Assembly (NCBI GenBank): GCA_022842645.1
Contig: JALHPE010000003.1
Span: 10,445 to 74,444, forward strand
Direction: 5' to 3'
DNA length: 64,000 nt
Source of the DNA: Minisyncoccota bacterium
GTDB taxonomy: Bacteria > Patescibacteriota > Minisyncoccia > Phycocordibacterales > UBA2100
In this document: in pieces, positions 45,061-55,796 of the stretch
How the letters are laid out: each line of letters starts with the position of its first letter
How positions within the stretch are numbered: position 1 is the stretch's first letter
Translations under genes and position numbers: made by a program
The notes under the pieces: model-generated
Databases searched by the model: none
Told to the model about the DNA's origin: nothing
The model's input: the letters and a program-made list of their open reading frames with translations, nothing else

Positions 45061-46206
45061 CTAGCGTATCACTTTCGCCACCGCTCGGGCAACTCGCGTA
45101 TCAAACATGTCCGGCAGGATTTTTTCGGGTGTTGGTTTTGAAATAAGTCCCGCAAGTGCCTTTGCGGCTTTTAATTTCATCTCGTCGGTTATCTTCCTCA
45201 CTTTGTTATCCAAGGCACCGCGGAATACCCCAGGAAAAACGAGTGAGTTATTCACCTGGTTCGGAAAGTCTGAACGCCCTGTCGCAATCACTTTCGCGCC
45301 ACCTTTTTTTGCCTCGCTCGGCATGATTTCAGGCACCGGATTCGCCATCGCGAAAATGACAGGATTGGGATGCATCGCCTTCACCATGTTTGCGGTCAGA
45401 ACTCCGGGCTTCGAGACCCCCAAAAATACATCGGATTGGACAAGCGCATCGCGAAGCCCGCCGTGTCCGTGCGCAAAAATCACGCCTTCGTCGATAAGTG
45501 CACGCTTTACGGAATTCAAATCCTTCCGCCCGCTCCAAATCACACCCACGCTATCAACGGCAAGAACCTGCGCGCCTGGCGCATATCTTTTTACGAGTCG
45601 CATGATTGCAACGCCCGCAGCACCAACCCCCGAAACGGTCACCCAACTCTTATTCAAATCCTTCTTCACAACCTTCATCGCGTTAATAAGCCCCGCGAGG
45701 ACAACGATCGCAGTTCCATGCTGATCATCGTGCATGACGGGAATATCGAGTCGCTCGATTAAACGCTTTTCAATCTCAAAACACTGTGGCGCCGCAATAT
45801 CTTCCAAATTAATACCGCCAAAACCGGGTGCAATCCGCACCACCGTTTCCACAATCTCATTTGGATCTTGTGTATCAAGAACGATAGGCACCGCGTCTAA
45901 GTCTGCAAATGTTTTAAAGAGCGCCGCTTTCCCTTCCATCACCGGAAGCGCGCCCAAAGCCCCAATATTCCCCAGTCCCAAAACCGACGAGCCGTCAGAA
46001 ACCACCGCAATCGTCCGCCCTTTCATTGTATATTCCCGCGCCTTCTTCGGATTTTTAGCAACAAAAGAAGAAACCGCCCCAACGCCCGGCGTATACACGA
46101 GCGCAAGATCCTCCCGATTCTTAATCGGTGCCGCCGGCACTATCCTTATTTTCCCGCCAAATTTTTTATGAAGCGCGAGCGCTTTTTTTGAGACATCTTT
46201 TCCCAC
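45061..46206 (-). CDS. NAD(P)-dependent malic enzyme (short form)
   Basis: 381 aa. LALVYTPGVGAVS..., Rossmann GxGxxG (VSGVGAAGVAI), and overall ME pattern. Confidence 0.85.
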   Translation of the reverse strand: MGKDVSKKALALHKKFGGKIRIVPAAPIKNREDLALVYTPGVGAVSSFVAKNPKKAREYTMKGRTIAVVSDGSSVLGLGNIGALGALPVMEGKAALFKTFADLDAVPIVLDTQDPNEIVETVVRIAPGFGGINLEDIAAPQCFEIEKRLIERLDIPVMHDDQHGTAIVVLAGLINAMKVVKKDLNKSWVTVSGVGAAGVAIMRLVKRYAPGAQVLAVDSVGVIWSGRKDLNSVKRALIDEGVIFAHGHGGLRDALVQSDVFLGVSKPGVLTANMVKAMHPNPVIFAMANPVPEIMPSEAKKGGAKVIATGRSDFPNQVNNSLVFPGVFRGALDNKVRKITDEMKLKAAKALAGLISKPTPEKILPDMFDTRVARAVAKVIR

Positions 46207-46289
46207 GGCGAGAGTATAACATTAGGTTGCTAGAACTCAGGCGAGAAGGTATTGTGCCGTGAGTCCAGTTCAAACCATGGAGGAAAAAG

Positions 46290-47183
46290 ATGGACATTTC
46301 GCAATTGCGAATCATGAATGCAGCCGGGTGGTGCAAGGACATCGAAACCGTCCGAGAGTTGGCTAAGACGCCGGTTTCAGAAATCACCGTCGGCTCCATC
46401 ACGCTCGAACCGCGGCCAGTCAACGAAGGTAATGTCTTCTGGCAATCACCGGATGGCACCTATGCACTCAATTCGCTCGGGCTTCCAAATCCTGGTATCG
46501 CGACGTATAGGAAACGACTACCTGAGATGCAAAAAATTGCACACGCCGCCAACAAAAAACTCCGCGTGAGTATCGCCGGGTTTAGCCCGTCTGAATACTT
46601 CAAACTTGCTGTTGGCATAGCTCGCAATGTCGATGTAATTGAGGTAAACCTTGGTTGCCCTAATGTGTGGGGAGCCGAAGGCCAAAAACCAATTCCCTCG
46701 TTCAATCCAGCACTCACAACCTCGATCATCAATTCGGTAGCAGAGGCTCTTCAAGACATGGGTAACGATCTCCCACGGATTGCAATCAAGCTATCTCCGT
46801 ACAGCGATCCACTGCAAATGGATACCATCATTTCCGTTATTCAATCCGAACGACTGTTTGTTGATGAGGTTGTAACATGCAATACGTTCCCAAACGCCTT
46901 TGCATGGCAGGACGGCGCACGAGCGATTACACCCGGTGACGGATTCGCTGGGATGAGCGGCTCGGCCATGAAAGCAATTGCGCTTGGTCAAACAAAACGA
47001 TTGCACGGAGCACTGCATTGTCACGGCATCGAAATTGTTGGAGTAGGCGGCATCGCCACTGGGCAGGATGTAGTCGATTTTGCCCAGCTCGGCGTGAAAA
47101 AAGTACAGATCGGCACGCACTACTTCGTGCACGGTGAAAAGGTATTCAGCGAACTTCTGCAAGAAGTTGCAGATTTAGTTTGA
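46290..47183 (+). CDS. pyrD: dihydroorotate dehydrogenase-family flavoprotein
   Basis: 297 aa. GLPNPGI and NLGCPN motifs of class-1 DHODH / dihydropyrimidine dehydrogenase catalytic subunits, plus C-terminal GGI motif. Confidence 0.7.
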   Translation: MDISQLRIMNAAGWCKDIETVRELAKTPVSEITVGSITLEPRPVNEGNVFWQSPDGTYALNSLGLPNPGIATYRKRLPEMQKIAHAANKKLRVSIAGFSPSEYFKLAVGIARNVDVIEVNLGCPNVWGAEGQKPIPSFNPALTTSIINSVAEALQDMGNDLPRIAIKLSPYSDPLQMDTIISVIQSERLFVDEVVTCNTFPNAFAWQDGARAITPGDGFAGMSGSAMKAIALGQTKRLHGALHCHGIEIVGVGGIATGQDVVDFAQLGVKKVQIGTHYFVHGEKVFSELLQEVADLV

Positions 47184-47264
47184 AAACTTGCGGCGGCGCC
47201 CCAAAGCGCCGCCGCATTCTTTAAAAACAAAAGGAGCATGCAACACACGCTCCTTTCTTTCTTG

Positions 47265-48743
47265 TTAATACCGCACCCCTGCGATAAACACCGCTTCAAC
47301 AGCGCCTGGGAGTGTTTCGCCCTCGAGCGGCGACCAACCGACTTTCGTCTTGAGATCCTTCCGATCAACGACAGTCTCTTTCTTTGTGTTCAATACGGTA
47401 AGCGAACCCATATACCCTTCAGCCAGATCGCCGAAACCTTTGCCGAAGTCCCGATCAAGGAATTGGAAAGGTAGGAAGCGATTTACAAACACACCAGGAT
47501 TGTAAGAAGCTACCCGCGCAATGTCCTGCGGCGTAAACCCATGCTCGCGCATGAGCCAGCAACAGATCAATCCATGTGTATCAAGCCAGGGCGCACCACT
47601 GGTATTGTTCCGGACGCAGATCTCCGCGAAAAGATCCGGACTGTTGTCACGGACGATGTCTGCGATCTCTTTGTTCGTCTTCCCAGGAAACTGGTTCTTG
47701 AACTGTCCAAACGCCGAGAATTTCTCTTCCTCGGTGTGCGGCGCATGATCATTCGCCAGATATTGAATGAAACCGTTCTTGAGACCCTTGATCAAATCGG
47801 ATCGATGTTGAGGAGCCTGGATTGCCGGATTCATTTGGACTTTCATCCAGAGCGAAGGATCCTCATCGGTCATCGACGTGTCGAAGTACAGATGCAGTGG
47901 CGAGACTTCCAGTTCGATATCGCACCCACGTGCCCTATATTCGGCAATAATCTCGAAGCTCTTGCCTCCGGTAGACCAATGGCACAACTTTGCTTTGATG
48001 CCATGCTTCTCAATGAGTGGAAGAAGAAGCCGGAGCCCTTCATTCACGCATTCGACTGGTCGACGATCACTGTGAGTCCTGCCTCCAACCGACATCTGCA
48101 CGATTGGCTCGTACTCGACGTGGAATGAGACACGCTCTTCGCGATAGTGCCCCAGGATCGTATCAAGCTCGTCGCCGTAAGTAACTGTAAGCGTGCCAAC
48201 GGATTTTCCGAAGTACACTTTATAGGGATACTCGCCCGCCTTACCAAGTGGCCGTGTCGTCGCATCGACCCCGATGTAGTTCAAGATGACTACAGGATGA
48301 TCGAGTTCACGTACACGGTTCCGATGCCATTGGAATTGCTGGCCGCCAATAACGGGATCGACTGTATTCGGCATCGCGGAGACATGCACGACTCCACCAT
48401 GTAGAGCCGCAGCTGCGCCGGTCGTATAGTCCTCCTTGTAGTTCTGCTTTCCGGTATTGTCTTCGCGCAAGTGGTCGTGAACGTCGCCAAGGCCGGCGAA
48501 GATGAGACAATCACCGCCAAACATGTGGTCGGCCTCAAGATGCTCACCTCTTTCTATCTTGGTTATCAAGCCGATTTGTAAGTCGATGGTAACCCGCCCC
48601 CAAAACGGAAGTTCGGGCACTCGCACCAGATGACCATAGATAGTCGTTTTGTGCTCGTCTCTCTGCATTGTCATTGTGTACACCTTTCCTTGCTGTTGAG
48701 AACAAACTTGCGGGAGCATAGCATAGACCCGGTGACATGGCAT
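47265..48743 (-). CDS. cyclic amidohydrolase (dihydroorotase/dihydropyrimidinase-like)
   Basis: Metal-binding DVHDHLRE (DxHxHxR) and later HGG.../D motifs of the amidohydrolase superfamily. The ORF is long (492 aa) and the true start may be internal. Confidence 0.55.
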   Translation of the reverse strand: MPCHRVYAMLPQVCSQQQGKVYTMTMQRDEHKTTIYGHLVRVPELPFWGRVTIDLQIGLITKIERGEHLEADHMFGGDCLIFAGLGDVHDHLREDNTGKQNYKEDYTTGAAAALHGGVVHVSAMPNTVDPVIGGQQFQWHRNRVRELDHPVVILNYIGVDATTRPLGKAGEYPYKVYFGKSVGTLTVTYGDELDTILGHYREERVSFHVEYEPIVQMSVGGRTHSDRRPVECVNEGLRLLLPLIEKHGIKAKLCHWSTGGKSFEIIAEYRARGCDIELEVSPLHLYFDTSMTDEDPSLWMKVQMNPAIQAPQHRSDLIKGLKNGFIQYLANDHAPHTEEEKFSAFGQFKNQFPGKTNKEIADIVRDNSPDLFAEICVRNNTSGAPWLDTHGLICCWLMREHGFTPQDIARVASYNPGVFVNRFLPFQFLDRDFGKGFGDLAEGYMGSLTVLNTKKETVVDRKDLKTKVGWSPLEGETLPGAVEAVFIAGVRY

Positions 48744-48807
48744 AGACTGAACAAAAGTCGCGGCTTTTTCATGTGTGCTACAGTGTCGGCAGAAATAGGA
48801 GGAAAAA

Positions 48808-49089
48808 GTGATGTCATCGCATCAAACAAACGCAGTGCTTTGTCCTGCCACAGGACAGACATGCACGCAAAACCTTGGAGTCTTTGAGCGAACGATCACG
48901 CTTCGACGCTGGACAGAGGGTACCGTGAAAGCAACCGTCTGCTCTCAGGAATGTGCGCAACAATGGGCAGACGTAAACAAAAAAATAATCACGGGAGACA
49001 GTACCCACGAGAACCCCGACAGGAAGCGAGTGGAGACAGTTGTCATCATTCAACATCCTGATCAGGTACTTGGACGAGATCGTCGTTAA
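48808..49089 (+). CDS. small Cys-containing hypothetical protein
   Basis: 93 aa with CPATGQTC and CSQEC pairs. Followed directly by an intrinsic terminator. Confidence 0.35.
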   Translation: MMSSHQTNAVLCPATGQTCTQNLGVFERTITLRRWTEGTVKATVCSQECAQQWADVNKKIITGDSTHENPDRKRVETVVIIQHPDQVLGRDRR

Positions 49090-49116
49090 CGCAGCCGAAA
49101 GGCTGCGTTTTCTTTA
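49088..49116 (+). terminator. intrinsic terminator
   Basis: AACGCAGCC-GAAA-GGCTGCGTT hairpin followed by TTTTCTTT. Confidence 0.5.
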
Positions 49117-49140
49117 CGTAACAACAGTATGTAGTTCCAC

Positions 49141-51090
49141 TTACACAAGCGGCTGATGTTCAATATCCTCTTTCTTCTTTGGAACAATACCGTTGGCGAT
49201 CAGGATCTTTTCAAATTCCTCGCGCTCAATAGTTTCCACCTCAACAAGTGCCTTCGCAATCGCATCCAAGACTTTGCGGTGCGTGGTAATCACCTCAAGC
49301 CCGCGCTTATGTGCCTCTGTCACAATCGCTTTCACTTCAGCATCCACTTGCGATGCAACTTCCTGCGAAAGCTCGCCCGGCTCAATGCCAGCACCAAAAA
49401 GCGTACGCCCTGGCTGCGCCTCGTATGCCATCGGGCCTAACTTATCCGACATGCCGTATTTGGTGACCATATCGCGCGCAAGCGCCGTCAAAACCTGTAA
49501 ATCGTTTGAGGCGCCCGTCGTCACGTCGTTGTAGATCATTTTCTCCGCAATGTAGCCACCGAGCGAGACCGCAATGTCATCGAGGAACTCAAGTTTCGAC
49601 TGCATGCGGCGATCATCGAGTGGGAGTTTCAAAGTGTATCCTGCCGCGCGGCCGCGGGAGATAATGGAAACCTTGTGCACTGGGTCGGCATATTTCAAGA
49701 CTGAAGCGATGAGTGCATGCCCCGCCTCGTGATACGCCGTAATCTCTTTCTCTTTTTTGTTCAAAACATGGGAACGACGTTCGGGACCAAGCATCACCTT
49801 CTCGATCGAGCGAATGAGATCGTATTGCGTGACTTCTTTGCGATCCTCGCGCGCAGCAAGAATTGCCGCCTCGTTCATCAGGTTCGCGAGATCCGCGCCA
49901 GAAAATCCTGGTGTGCGCTCCGCGATGACACCGAGCTTCACATCCGGTCCAAGCGGCTTCTGCCGCGCATGCACGGTGAGTATCTCTTCACGGTCGCGGC
50001 GATCGGGAAGATCAATCATCACCCGTCGATCAAAGCGTCCTGGGCGAAGGAGTGCCGGATCAAGCACATCCGGGCGGTTTGTCGCTGCCATCACAATCAC
50101 GCTTTCATTCGGCTCAAAACCATCCATCTCAACAAGAATCTGATTCAGCGTCTGCTCACGCTCATCATTCCCACCACCAACGCCCGTGCCGCGAATGCGA
50201 CCAATAGCATCAATCTCATCAATAAAAAGAATTGCAGGCGCAGATTTTTTCGCAACCTGAAACGTATCGCGCACGCGCGAAGCACCAACCCCCACAAACA
50301 TTTCCACAAACTCAGAGCCTGAAATCGAGTAAAACGGCACACCACCTTCTCCCGCAACCGCACGCGCAAGCAAAGTCTTCCCCGTGCCCGGCCCACCCAT
50401 GAGGAGCACGCCTTTCGGGATGCGCGCACCAATCTGAATAAATTTCTTGGGGTTTTTCAAAAAATCCACAATCTCGGTGAGTTCTGCTTTTGCTTCGCGC
50501 GCGCCAGCAACATCTTTAAACGTCACCTTCTGTTGTTCATCCTCGGGCGAGACGAGTCGCGCGAGCGAACGACCAAACGTAAACGCCTGCATGCCACCGC
50601 CCCCGCGCATCTGGCGCGAGAGATACCACATAATGCCGACGAGAAGAAGGACTGGAATAAGAAGTGGCGCAAGCGTGAGGAACCAGTAGCGTGCACCACC
50701 CTGATCCGTCACGATAATTTTTACCCCCGCCAACTGCTCGGCAGAAACCCCATAATTAGAGAGTGTTTCGGTAAATGAAGCTTCTGATTCTTTGCGGGAA
50801 ACTTTTTCACTCTCGTCCTTGTAGCGCCCCTCAATCGTGTTGCCCGAAATAGTAAGTTCAGCAACGAGACCAGCTCTCACATCAGCCGCAATCTGCGAGA
50901 GCGGCACGTCCTCAGGACCTTTAGCAAAATATTCTTTGACCGTCGAATATCCCGCAGAAATAAGGAGAAAGACCGCAAGCGCAATAAGGAGCTGCGTCAG
51001 AATTCCCTGACTTTCGGGAATTTTAGGTGCCTTTTCTTTTTTATCCTTCTTTTCCTTCTTCGGGGTCTCTTTGGTTTCCATCCGGCGCAT
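49141..51090 (-). CDS. ftsH: ATP-dependent zinc metalloprotease FtsH
   Basis: 649 aa. N-terminal TMs, AAA Walker [17 protein letters not shown], zinc site HEAGHAL. Confidence 0.9.
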   Translation of the reverse strand: MRRMETKETPKKEKKDKKEKAPKIPESQGILTQLLIALAVFLLISAGYSTVKEYFAKGPEDVPLSQIAADVRAGLVAELTISGNTIEGRYKDESEKVSRKESEASFTETLSNYGVSAEQLAGVKIIVTDQGGARYWFLTLAPLLIPVLLLVGIMWYLSRQMRGGGGMQAFTFGRSLARLVSPEDEQQKVTFKDVAGAREAKAELTEIVDFLKNPKKFIQIGARIPKGVLLMGGPGTGKTLLARAVAGEGGVPFYSISGSEFVEMFVGVGASRVRDTFQVAKKSAPAILFIDEIDAIGRIRGTGVGGGNDEREQTLNQILVEMDGFEPNESVIVMAATNRPDVLDPALLRPGRFDRRVMIDLPDRRDREEILTVHARQKPLGPDVKLGVIAERTPGFSGADLANLMNEAAILAAREDRKEVTQYDLIRSIEKVMLGPERRSHVLNKKEKEITAYHEAGHALIASVLKYADPVHKVSIISRGRAAGYTLKLPLDDRRMQSKLEFLDDIAVSLGGYIAEKMIYNDVTTGASNDLQVLTALARDMVTKYGMSDKLGPMAYEAQPGRTLFGAGIEPGELSQEVASQVDAEVKAIVTEAHKRGLEVITTHRKVLDAIAKALVEVETIEREEFEKILIANGIVPKKKEDIEHQPLV

Positions 51091-51143
51091 TATACATATT
51101 TAGAGCCCTAGAGCTAGCAGCTGAGGGGCGGTATAGTAGCGAC

Positions 51144-51581
51144 ATGGCACTTATCCGTAACGAAAAACTCACATTTGATTACACTATCCTCGAAGAAATC
51201 GAGGCGGGTATTGAATTGCTTGGGTCTGAGGTAAAGTCGCTGCGCGCCGGCCAAGGCTCATTAAAAGGCGCGCGCGTCATCGCGCGCGGCGGCGAGGTCT
51301 ATCTCGTGGGCGCCACCATTCCCGCCTGGCAAGTTTTGAATGCCCCCAAAGACTACGATGCCACGCGCCCACGCAGACTCTTACTCTCCAAGAAACAGAT
51401 TGCACACGTTGCCTCCGCTGAAGGCCAAAGTGGCTTGACAATAGTGCCTATCTCGGTGTATAATAAAGCCAGAAAATTGAAGCTCGGTATCGCTATCGCT
51501 CGCGGCAAGAAAAAAGCCGACAAACGTCAGGATATAAAGAAGAAAGATGACGAGCGGCGTATGCGACGGAAAGAAGCATAA
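51144..51581 (+). CDS. smpB: SsrA-binding protein SmpB
   Basis: Starts MALIRNEKLTFDYTILEEIEAGIELLGSEVKSLR, characteristic of SmpB. Basic C-terminal tail. Confidence 0.85.
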   Translation: MALIRNEKLTFDYTILEEIEAGIELLGSEVKSLRAGQGSLKGARVIARGGEVYLVGATIPAWQVLNAPKDYDATRPRRLLLSKKQIAHVASAEGQSGLTIVPISVYNKARKLKLGIAIARGKKKADKRQDIKKKDDERRMRRKEA

Positions 51582-51629
51582 TGCACATTTACAACTGAAT
51601 GTTTGAGGGTGGCAACTGAGGAGAAAAAT

Positions 51630-51866
51630 ATGTCTCGTATCGCGAGAGCACCATCTCTGCAGGACGAACTCGATCTCATGTCACACGAGGAGGAAGAAAA
51701 GCAGCGCGACGAACGTATGACCACTGATGAACTTCAGTTGGAACTGCGCGACCTCGACGGCAGGCACCATCTTTCTGAACTCGAACGTCAGCGCAGAGAG
51801 GATCAGATGCTTCGAGAAAGCGCCTGGGACTATTTCTTCGCCGACGCAAGTGTCGATGCAGATTAA
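51630..51866 (+). CDS. small acidic hypothetical protein
   Basis: About 78 aa, highly charged (E/R/D-rich), coiled-coil-like. Confidence 0.3.
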   Translation: MSRIARAPSLQDELDLMSHEEEEKQRDERMTTDELQLELRDLDGRHHLSELERQRREDQMLRESAWDYFFADASVDAD

Positions 51867-52365
51867 TTCGTATAACACCTACCGGGGAGAGCGCGAATGC
51901 TCTTCCCTACCCTCAAGTATTGAGTAGAATGTACTCAGAGCAGCTGAATGCTTGAAGGTGGAAAACAGGGAGAATCTCATGTTGATATGTTCTCTTGCAC
52001 TTGCAGTAGTACTAACTATTGCGATCATGCTCCCTCTTCTGAAAAACGGAAGAGTCTGACCACCGGGCGAGCGCTCGCGCTCGCCCACACCCTCAAGCAT
52101 TTAGTATGTATGTGACAGATCTTTGAAAATTGAATAATGAAAGATATGTTCCCGACATCGAGAGCAGTCCTTCCCCGTGAGATAGCAAGCATTCAGCAGA
52201 GTACGACAGTATTGTTTTACAGAGACTTGATCGCAGAAAAGATTTTGGTATCTCACGGGGGAAGATTGTAATCGAAATAAGCCCAATCATTCACAAACAG
52301 AGCGTGTATCTTTTGATACTTGATACCTGCTACTTGATACTTACAAAACGCTTCGCGTTTTGTTT

Positions 52366-52763
52366 GGGGGTGACTGGTTTCGATAGAAAATTCAGTCTGC
52401 CTGTGTGCAAGACGGAAGCGAACATCTTCCTTAAAATGTTCAAACTCTAAGTGCAAACAAAACTGCACAGGGGGTTCTCTCACCGATTCAGGTGAAAGAC
52501 CTCGGCCTCGTCTTCGCTTAAACGCGTCCGACGACCGTTCGTCTGGTTGGTATCCGATACACCAGGTTCGAACGTCATATACATCGGATTCGGCTTCCCT
52601 ATCACACCGTAGGCTAGTTTAAAGAAAGAGTGTCCGGTTTCGTACGATCTTGAACATTCCTTACGTACGATTCTTAAATCTCAGAATGTTCTACGTCTTG
52701 TAGAATCGCTTGCGGATCATTTTTTACACGGGAGTTCGATTCTCCCCACCTCCACAAATACAA
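52366..52763 (+). ncRNA. ssrA: tmRNA (ssrA)
   Basis: 5' GGGGGTGACTGGTTTCGATAG (tRNA-like acceptor plus D-loop analogue). 3' T-arm GGAGTTCGATTCTCC followed by CACCTCC-A pairing with the 5' end, including the G3-U wobble identity element for alanylation. Downstream of smpB, followed by a terminator. Confidence 0.75.
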
Positions 52764-52775
52764 AAACCGCCCTTT

Positions 52776-52803
52776 CGGGCGGTTTTGTTTTTAGTTTTGC
52801 TGT
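52776..52803. terminator. bidirectional intrinsic terminator
   Basis: ACCGCCC-TTTC-GGGCGGT hairpin flanked by A-tract upstream and T-tract downstream. Serves tmRNA (+) and rplY (-). Confidence 0.55.
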
Positions 52804-52817
52804 TTTATTTTTAGTTC

Positions 52818-53447
52818 CTACTCTTTCGCCGGCTCTCCCGCAGGGGCGGCACCTTCTGCTGGAGCAGCACCTTCAGCCGCGACAGGCGCAGGCGCCTCAT
52901 CCTTGTGTTCAACAAATGCCGTGACCGACGCGACAATTTCATCTGACTCCGTTTGGAGTTCTGCGCTCGCCGGAAGCTTGATGTCGGAAGCAATAATGCG
53001 GTCACCAACGTTCTCGAGCGCGGAAATATCAACTTCAAGGTGCTGTGGGATTTCATGCGCCGCAACCTCAATCTCAATTTCGTGAAGTGACTTCACCACA
53101 ATGTGGCCAAGCTTCTCGGCAGGCGGAGCGCCAACAAATTCGAGTGGGATATTAAGGCTCACTTTCTTGCCCTTCTCTATCACATAGAAATCAGCATGGA
53201 GTGGCGCATCAGTCACTGGATGAAGCTGCACGTCATGAATGAGTGTGTCTTTATCTTCACTAAGCCCCTTCAATTTAACGAGTGTCGTCTCTCCCGCCTC
53301 GCGGAATGTGCGTACGAATTCGCGCGCATTGATGGCGATCGGTGTAGACGCTTCTTTTGGGCCATACATAACCGCAGGCATCACGCCCGCTGCGCGCATG
53401 TCGTCTGGAGAGGCTTTCGCGTCCCGTGGCAAAACTGCAAGTTCTAA
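52818..53447 (-). CDS. rplY: 50S ribosomal protein L25 / general stress protein Ctc
   Basis: MLELAVLPRDAKASPDDMRAAGVMPAVMYGPKE N-terminus typical of L25/Ctc. C-terminal Ala/Pro/Glu-rich extension. Confidence 0.85.
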   Translation of the reverse strand, partial: LELAVLPRDAKASPDDMRAAGVMPAVMYGPKEASTPIAINAREFVRTFREAGETTLVKLKGLSEDKDTLIHDVQLHPVTDAPLHADFYVIEKGKKVSLNIPLEFVGAPPAEKLGHIVVKSLHEIEIEVAAHEIPQHLEVDISALENVGDRIIASDIKLPASAELQTESDEIVASVTAFVEHKDEAPAPVAAEGAAPAEGAAPAGEPAKE

Positions 53448-53774
53448 CATGGGCGGAAGTATGCCCAACTTTTAACTAAAAGTCAAAGGGCACCCGTAGG
53501 TGCCCTTTGCATCATCCTCAGCGCAGCTCTGCTTCAAAGCGAAGCGCAGCAATCTCAACCGATCGTCGGTGAAGCACATCGAGAAGCGGAAAGATTACAA
53601 TTACCCACACCATAAGAGACGCAACAACGCATGCCACAAACATGCGAATGTCGTCTTTTTGTGACGGAGCGTGCATTCGTTCCCGCCTTTCGGGTTCATT
53701 CCATTCGGGACGTGCGAGCATCGGAGCCTCCTTGGTTACTCCAAAGAAACCCTATACCAACACAAATGCCATGT

Positions 53775-54626
53775 CTAGCGTGTATTAAAAAGTGAGAGTT
53801 TAGCTTTAACGACGTCCCCCATCTGAGCCGCACCGTGCGCAAGATACTTCGCAGGAGAAACATCGTCAGTTGCAAGAAGTCCTGCCTCAATTCCCTTACG
53901 ATACGCAACACGAATTTCGGTGTTGATATGGACGACGCAGACGCCGTTTTGAATAGCGGCGCGGATATCGTCTTCGCTGTTTCCCGAAGCACCGTGGAGG
54001 ACGAGTGGAATACCCGCTTTTTGCGCGATAGCCCCGATACGAGGAATGTCGAGTGCTGGATCCGGTACATTTTTGAGCATGCCGTGGATATTGCCGACGG
54101 AGGGGGCGAGCAAATCAATGCCGGATTCCCTCACAAAACGTTCGGCAACTTCCGGATCGGTTTTGTCGAGCCCCGCACCCTCAGGAATTACATCGAGCAC
54201 TTTTGAAGAAGCGCCAATATAGCCAAGCTCCCCTTCTACAAGCACATCCCGCCCGGATGAGTGCGCATATGCCACCGCCTCCTTTGCCTGTACGATATTT
54301 TCCTCGAGAGAAAGCTGACTACCATCAAACAAGACCTCATCAAATCCGGCGTCGATTGCTTCCTTAATACCGGCAATTGATTTTGTATGATCGGCGTTCA
54401 AATATATTTCCTGCCCCTTCGCGCGCAGCGCCGCCACAAGTGCGGCCGCTTGCGCGACTCCCACAAACGCTCGCTCGCCCTCAGAAACCCCCACCATCAC
54501 CGGCACGCCCAACTCTCGCGCCACTTCCGCAATCGCATTGAGCTGCGTCGAATCAGAAAAATTAAAGTGCCCCACGGCAATACCGCGCTCCCGCGCATCC
54601 ATAATCACTTCACGTAGTGTTCTCAT
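53775..54626 (-). CDS. fba: class II fructose-bisphosphate aldolase
   Basis: 284 aa from internal Met MRTLREVIMDARERGIAVGHFNF. The upstream part of the 424-aa ORF has no similarity and runs into an AT-rich promoter region. Class II FBA/tagatose-bisphosphate aldolase motifs (HxDH, GxH). Confidence 0.8.
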   Translation of the reverse strand: MRTLREVIMDARERGIAVGHFNFSDSTQLNAIAEVARELGVPVMVGVSEGERAFVGVAQAAALVAALRAKGQEIYLNADHTKSIAGIKEAIDAGFDEVLFDGSQLSLEENIVQAKEAVAYAHSSGRDVLVEGELGYIGASSKVLDVIPEGAGLDKTDPEVAERFVRESGIDLLAPSVGNIHGMLKNVPDPALDIPRIGAIAQKAGIPLVLHGASGNSEDDIRAAIQNGVCVVHINTEIRVAYRKGIEAGLLATDDVSPAKYLAHGAAQMGDVVKAKLSLFNTR

Positions 54627-54723
54627 AGACACCAGTATAGCGCGTAAATGTATATAGTATCTGGTATATAGTATTTGGTATGCAATACAAGATACGAGAT
54701 ACAAAATACGATATACTTCCCAT

Positions 54724-55713
54724 ATGAAATACGATTTTCTAGCTTTCGGGGACATTGTTATTGACGCCTTTATCCGCCTTAAAGACGCCAAGGTGCATTG
54801 CAATATCAATAATGAAGATTGCGAGCTTTGTGTGAAGTTTGGGCAAAAGATCCCGTTTGAATCAGTGGAAGAAGTGTTTGCCGTCGGAAATGGCCCGAAT
54901 GCGGCGGTTTCTGCACTTCGTCTTGGTCTTGCCTCAACTGTGGTTGCAAACGTCGGAAACGACCGAAACGGCGATGACTGCATCGCGACCCTCGGCAAAG
55001 AAGGTATGAATACCGAATACGTGAAAAAGCACGATGGAATCAAAACCAACTACCACTATGTCCTTCAATACGAAGCCGAGCGCACCATTCTCGTAAAGCA
55101 CGAAGCATTCCCCTACACACTCCCCCAATTTTCAGAACCGCCAGCATGGTTTTATCTCACCTCGCTTCCACTTGAAACACTCGACTACCAGCTTGAGATC
55201 GCGCGCTACGCAAAAGCAAACGGCGTGAAAGTCGCATTCCAGCCAGGCACCTTTCAGATGCAGCTCGGCAAAGAAAAGCTGGCGGAAGTGTACCAAGCAT
55301 CCGATATCTTTTTCTGTAACAAAGAAGAATCGCAACAAATCCTCGGGACTCCGGATGAGCACGATATTAAAAATCTGCTTACGGGTATTCGCGCGCTTGG
55401 TCCGAAGATTGCGGTCATCACCGACGGCAGAAATGGCTCCTCCATCATGGATGACTCCGGGGCCTATCATGCACCAATGTATCCCGACCCAGCGCCACCC
55501 GTTTCCCGCACTGGCGCCGGAGACGCCGCTGCTTCAACCACTGTTGCCTATATCATCAAAGGTCTAGAGCCCAAAGAGGCGATGCTTCGTGGCCTCATTA
55601 ATTCTGCATTCGTCGTCCAAAAAGTGGGCGCACAAAAAGGACTTCTTTCTGCCGAGGCCCTTGAAGACGCTTTTACAAAGCGTCCAGCAGAATTTACTGC
55701 CACACCACTCTAA
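54724..55713 (+). CDS. PfkB-family carbohydrate kinase
   Basis: 329 aa. N-terminal GG-type motif (FGDIVIDAF...) and C-terminal TGAGDAAASTT anion-hole motif of ribokinase-family kinases. Confidence 0.8.
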   Translation: MKYDFLAFGDIVIDAFIRLKDAKVHCNINNEDCELCVKFGQKIPFESVEEVFAVGNGPNAAVSALRLGLASTVVANVGNDRNGDDCIATLGKEGMNTEYVKKHDGIKTNYHYVLQYEAERTILVKHEAFPYTLPQFSEPPAWFYLTSLPLETLDYQLEIARYAKANGVKVAFQPGTFQMQLGKEKLAEVYQASDIFFCNKEESQQILGTPDEHDIKNLLTGIRALGPKIAVITDGRNGSSIMDDSGAYHAPMYPDPAPPVSRTGAGDAAASTTVAYIIKGLEPKEAMLRGLINSAFVVQKVGAQKGLLSAEALEDAFTKRPAEFTATPL

Positions 55714-55796
55714 ATACATAATCAGGGTCGAGCCCCCACATTACGAAAAAAGAGGCACTACTAGGGTGCCTCTTTGTGTTCGTTTAAGTGGCGTGT

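Noticed and set aside
54627-55049. N-terminal 141-codon extension of the fba ORF (424-aa call)
   Set aside because: The extension is low-complexity, lies in the AT-rich divergent promoter region and has no similarity to aldolases. The internal Met at 54626 gives a normal 284-aa class II FBA.
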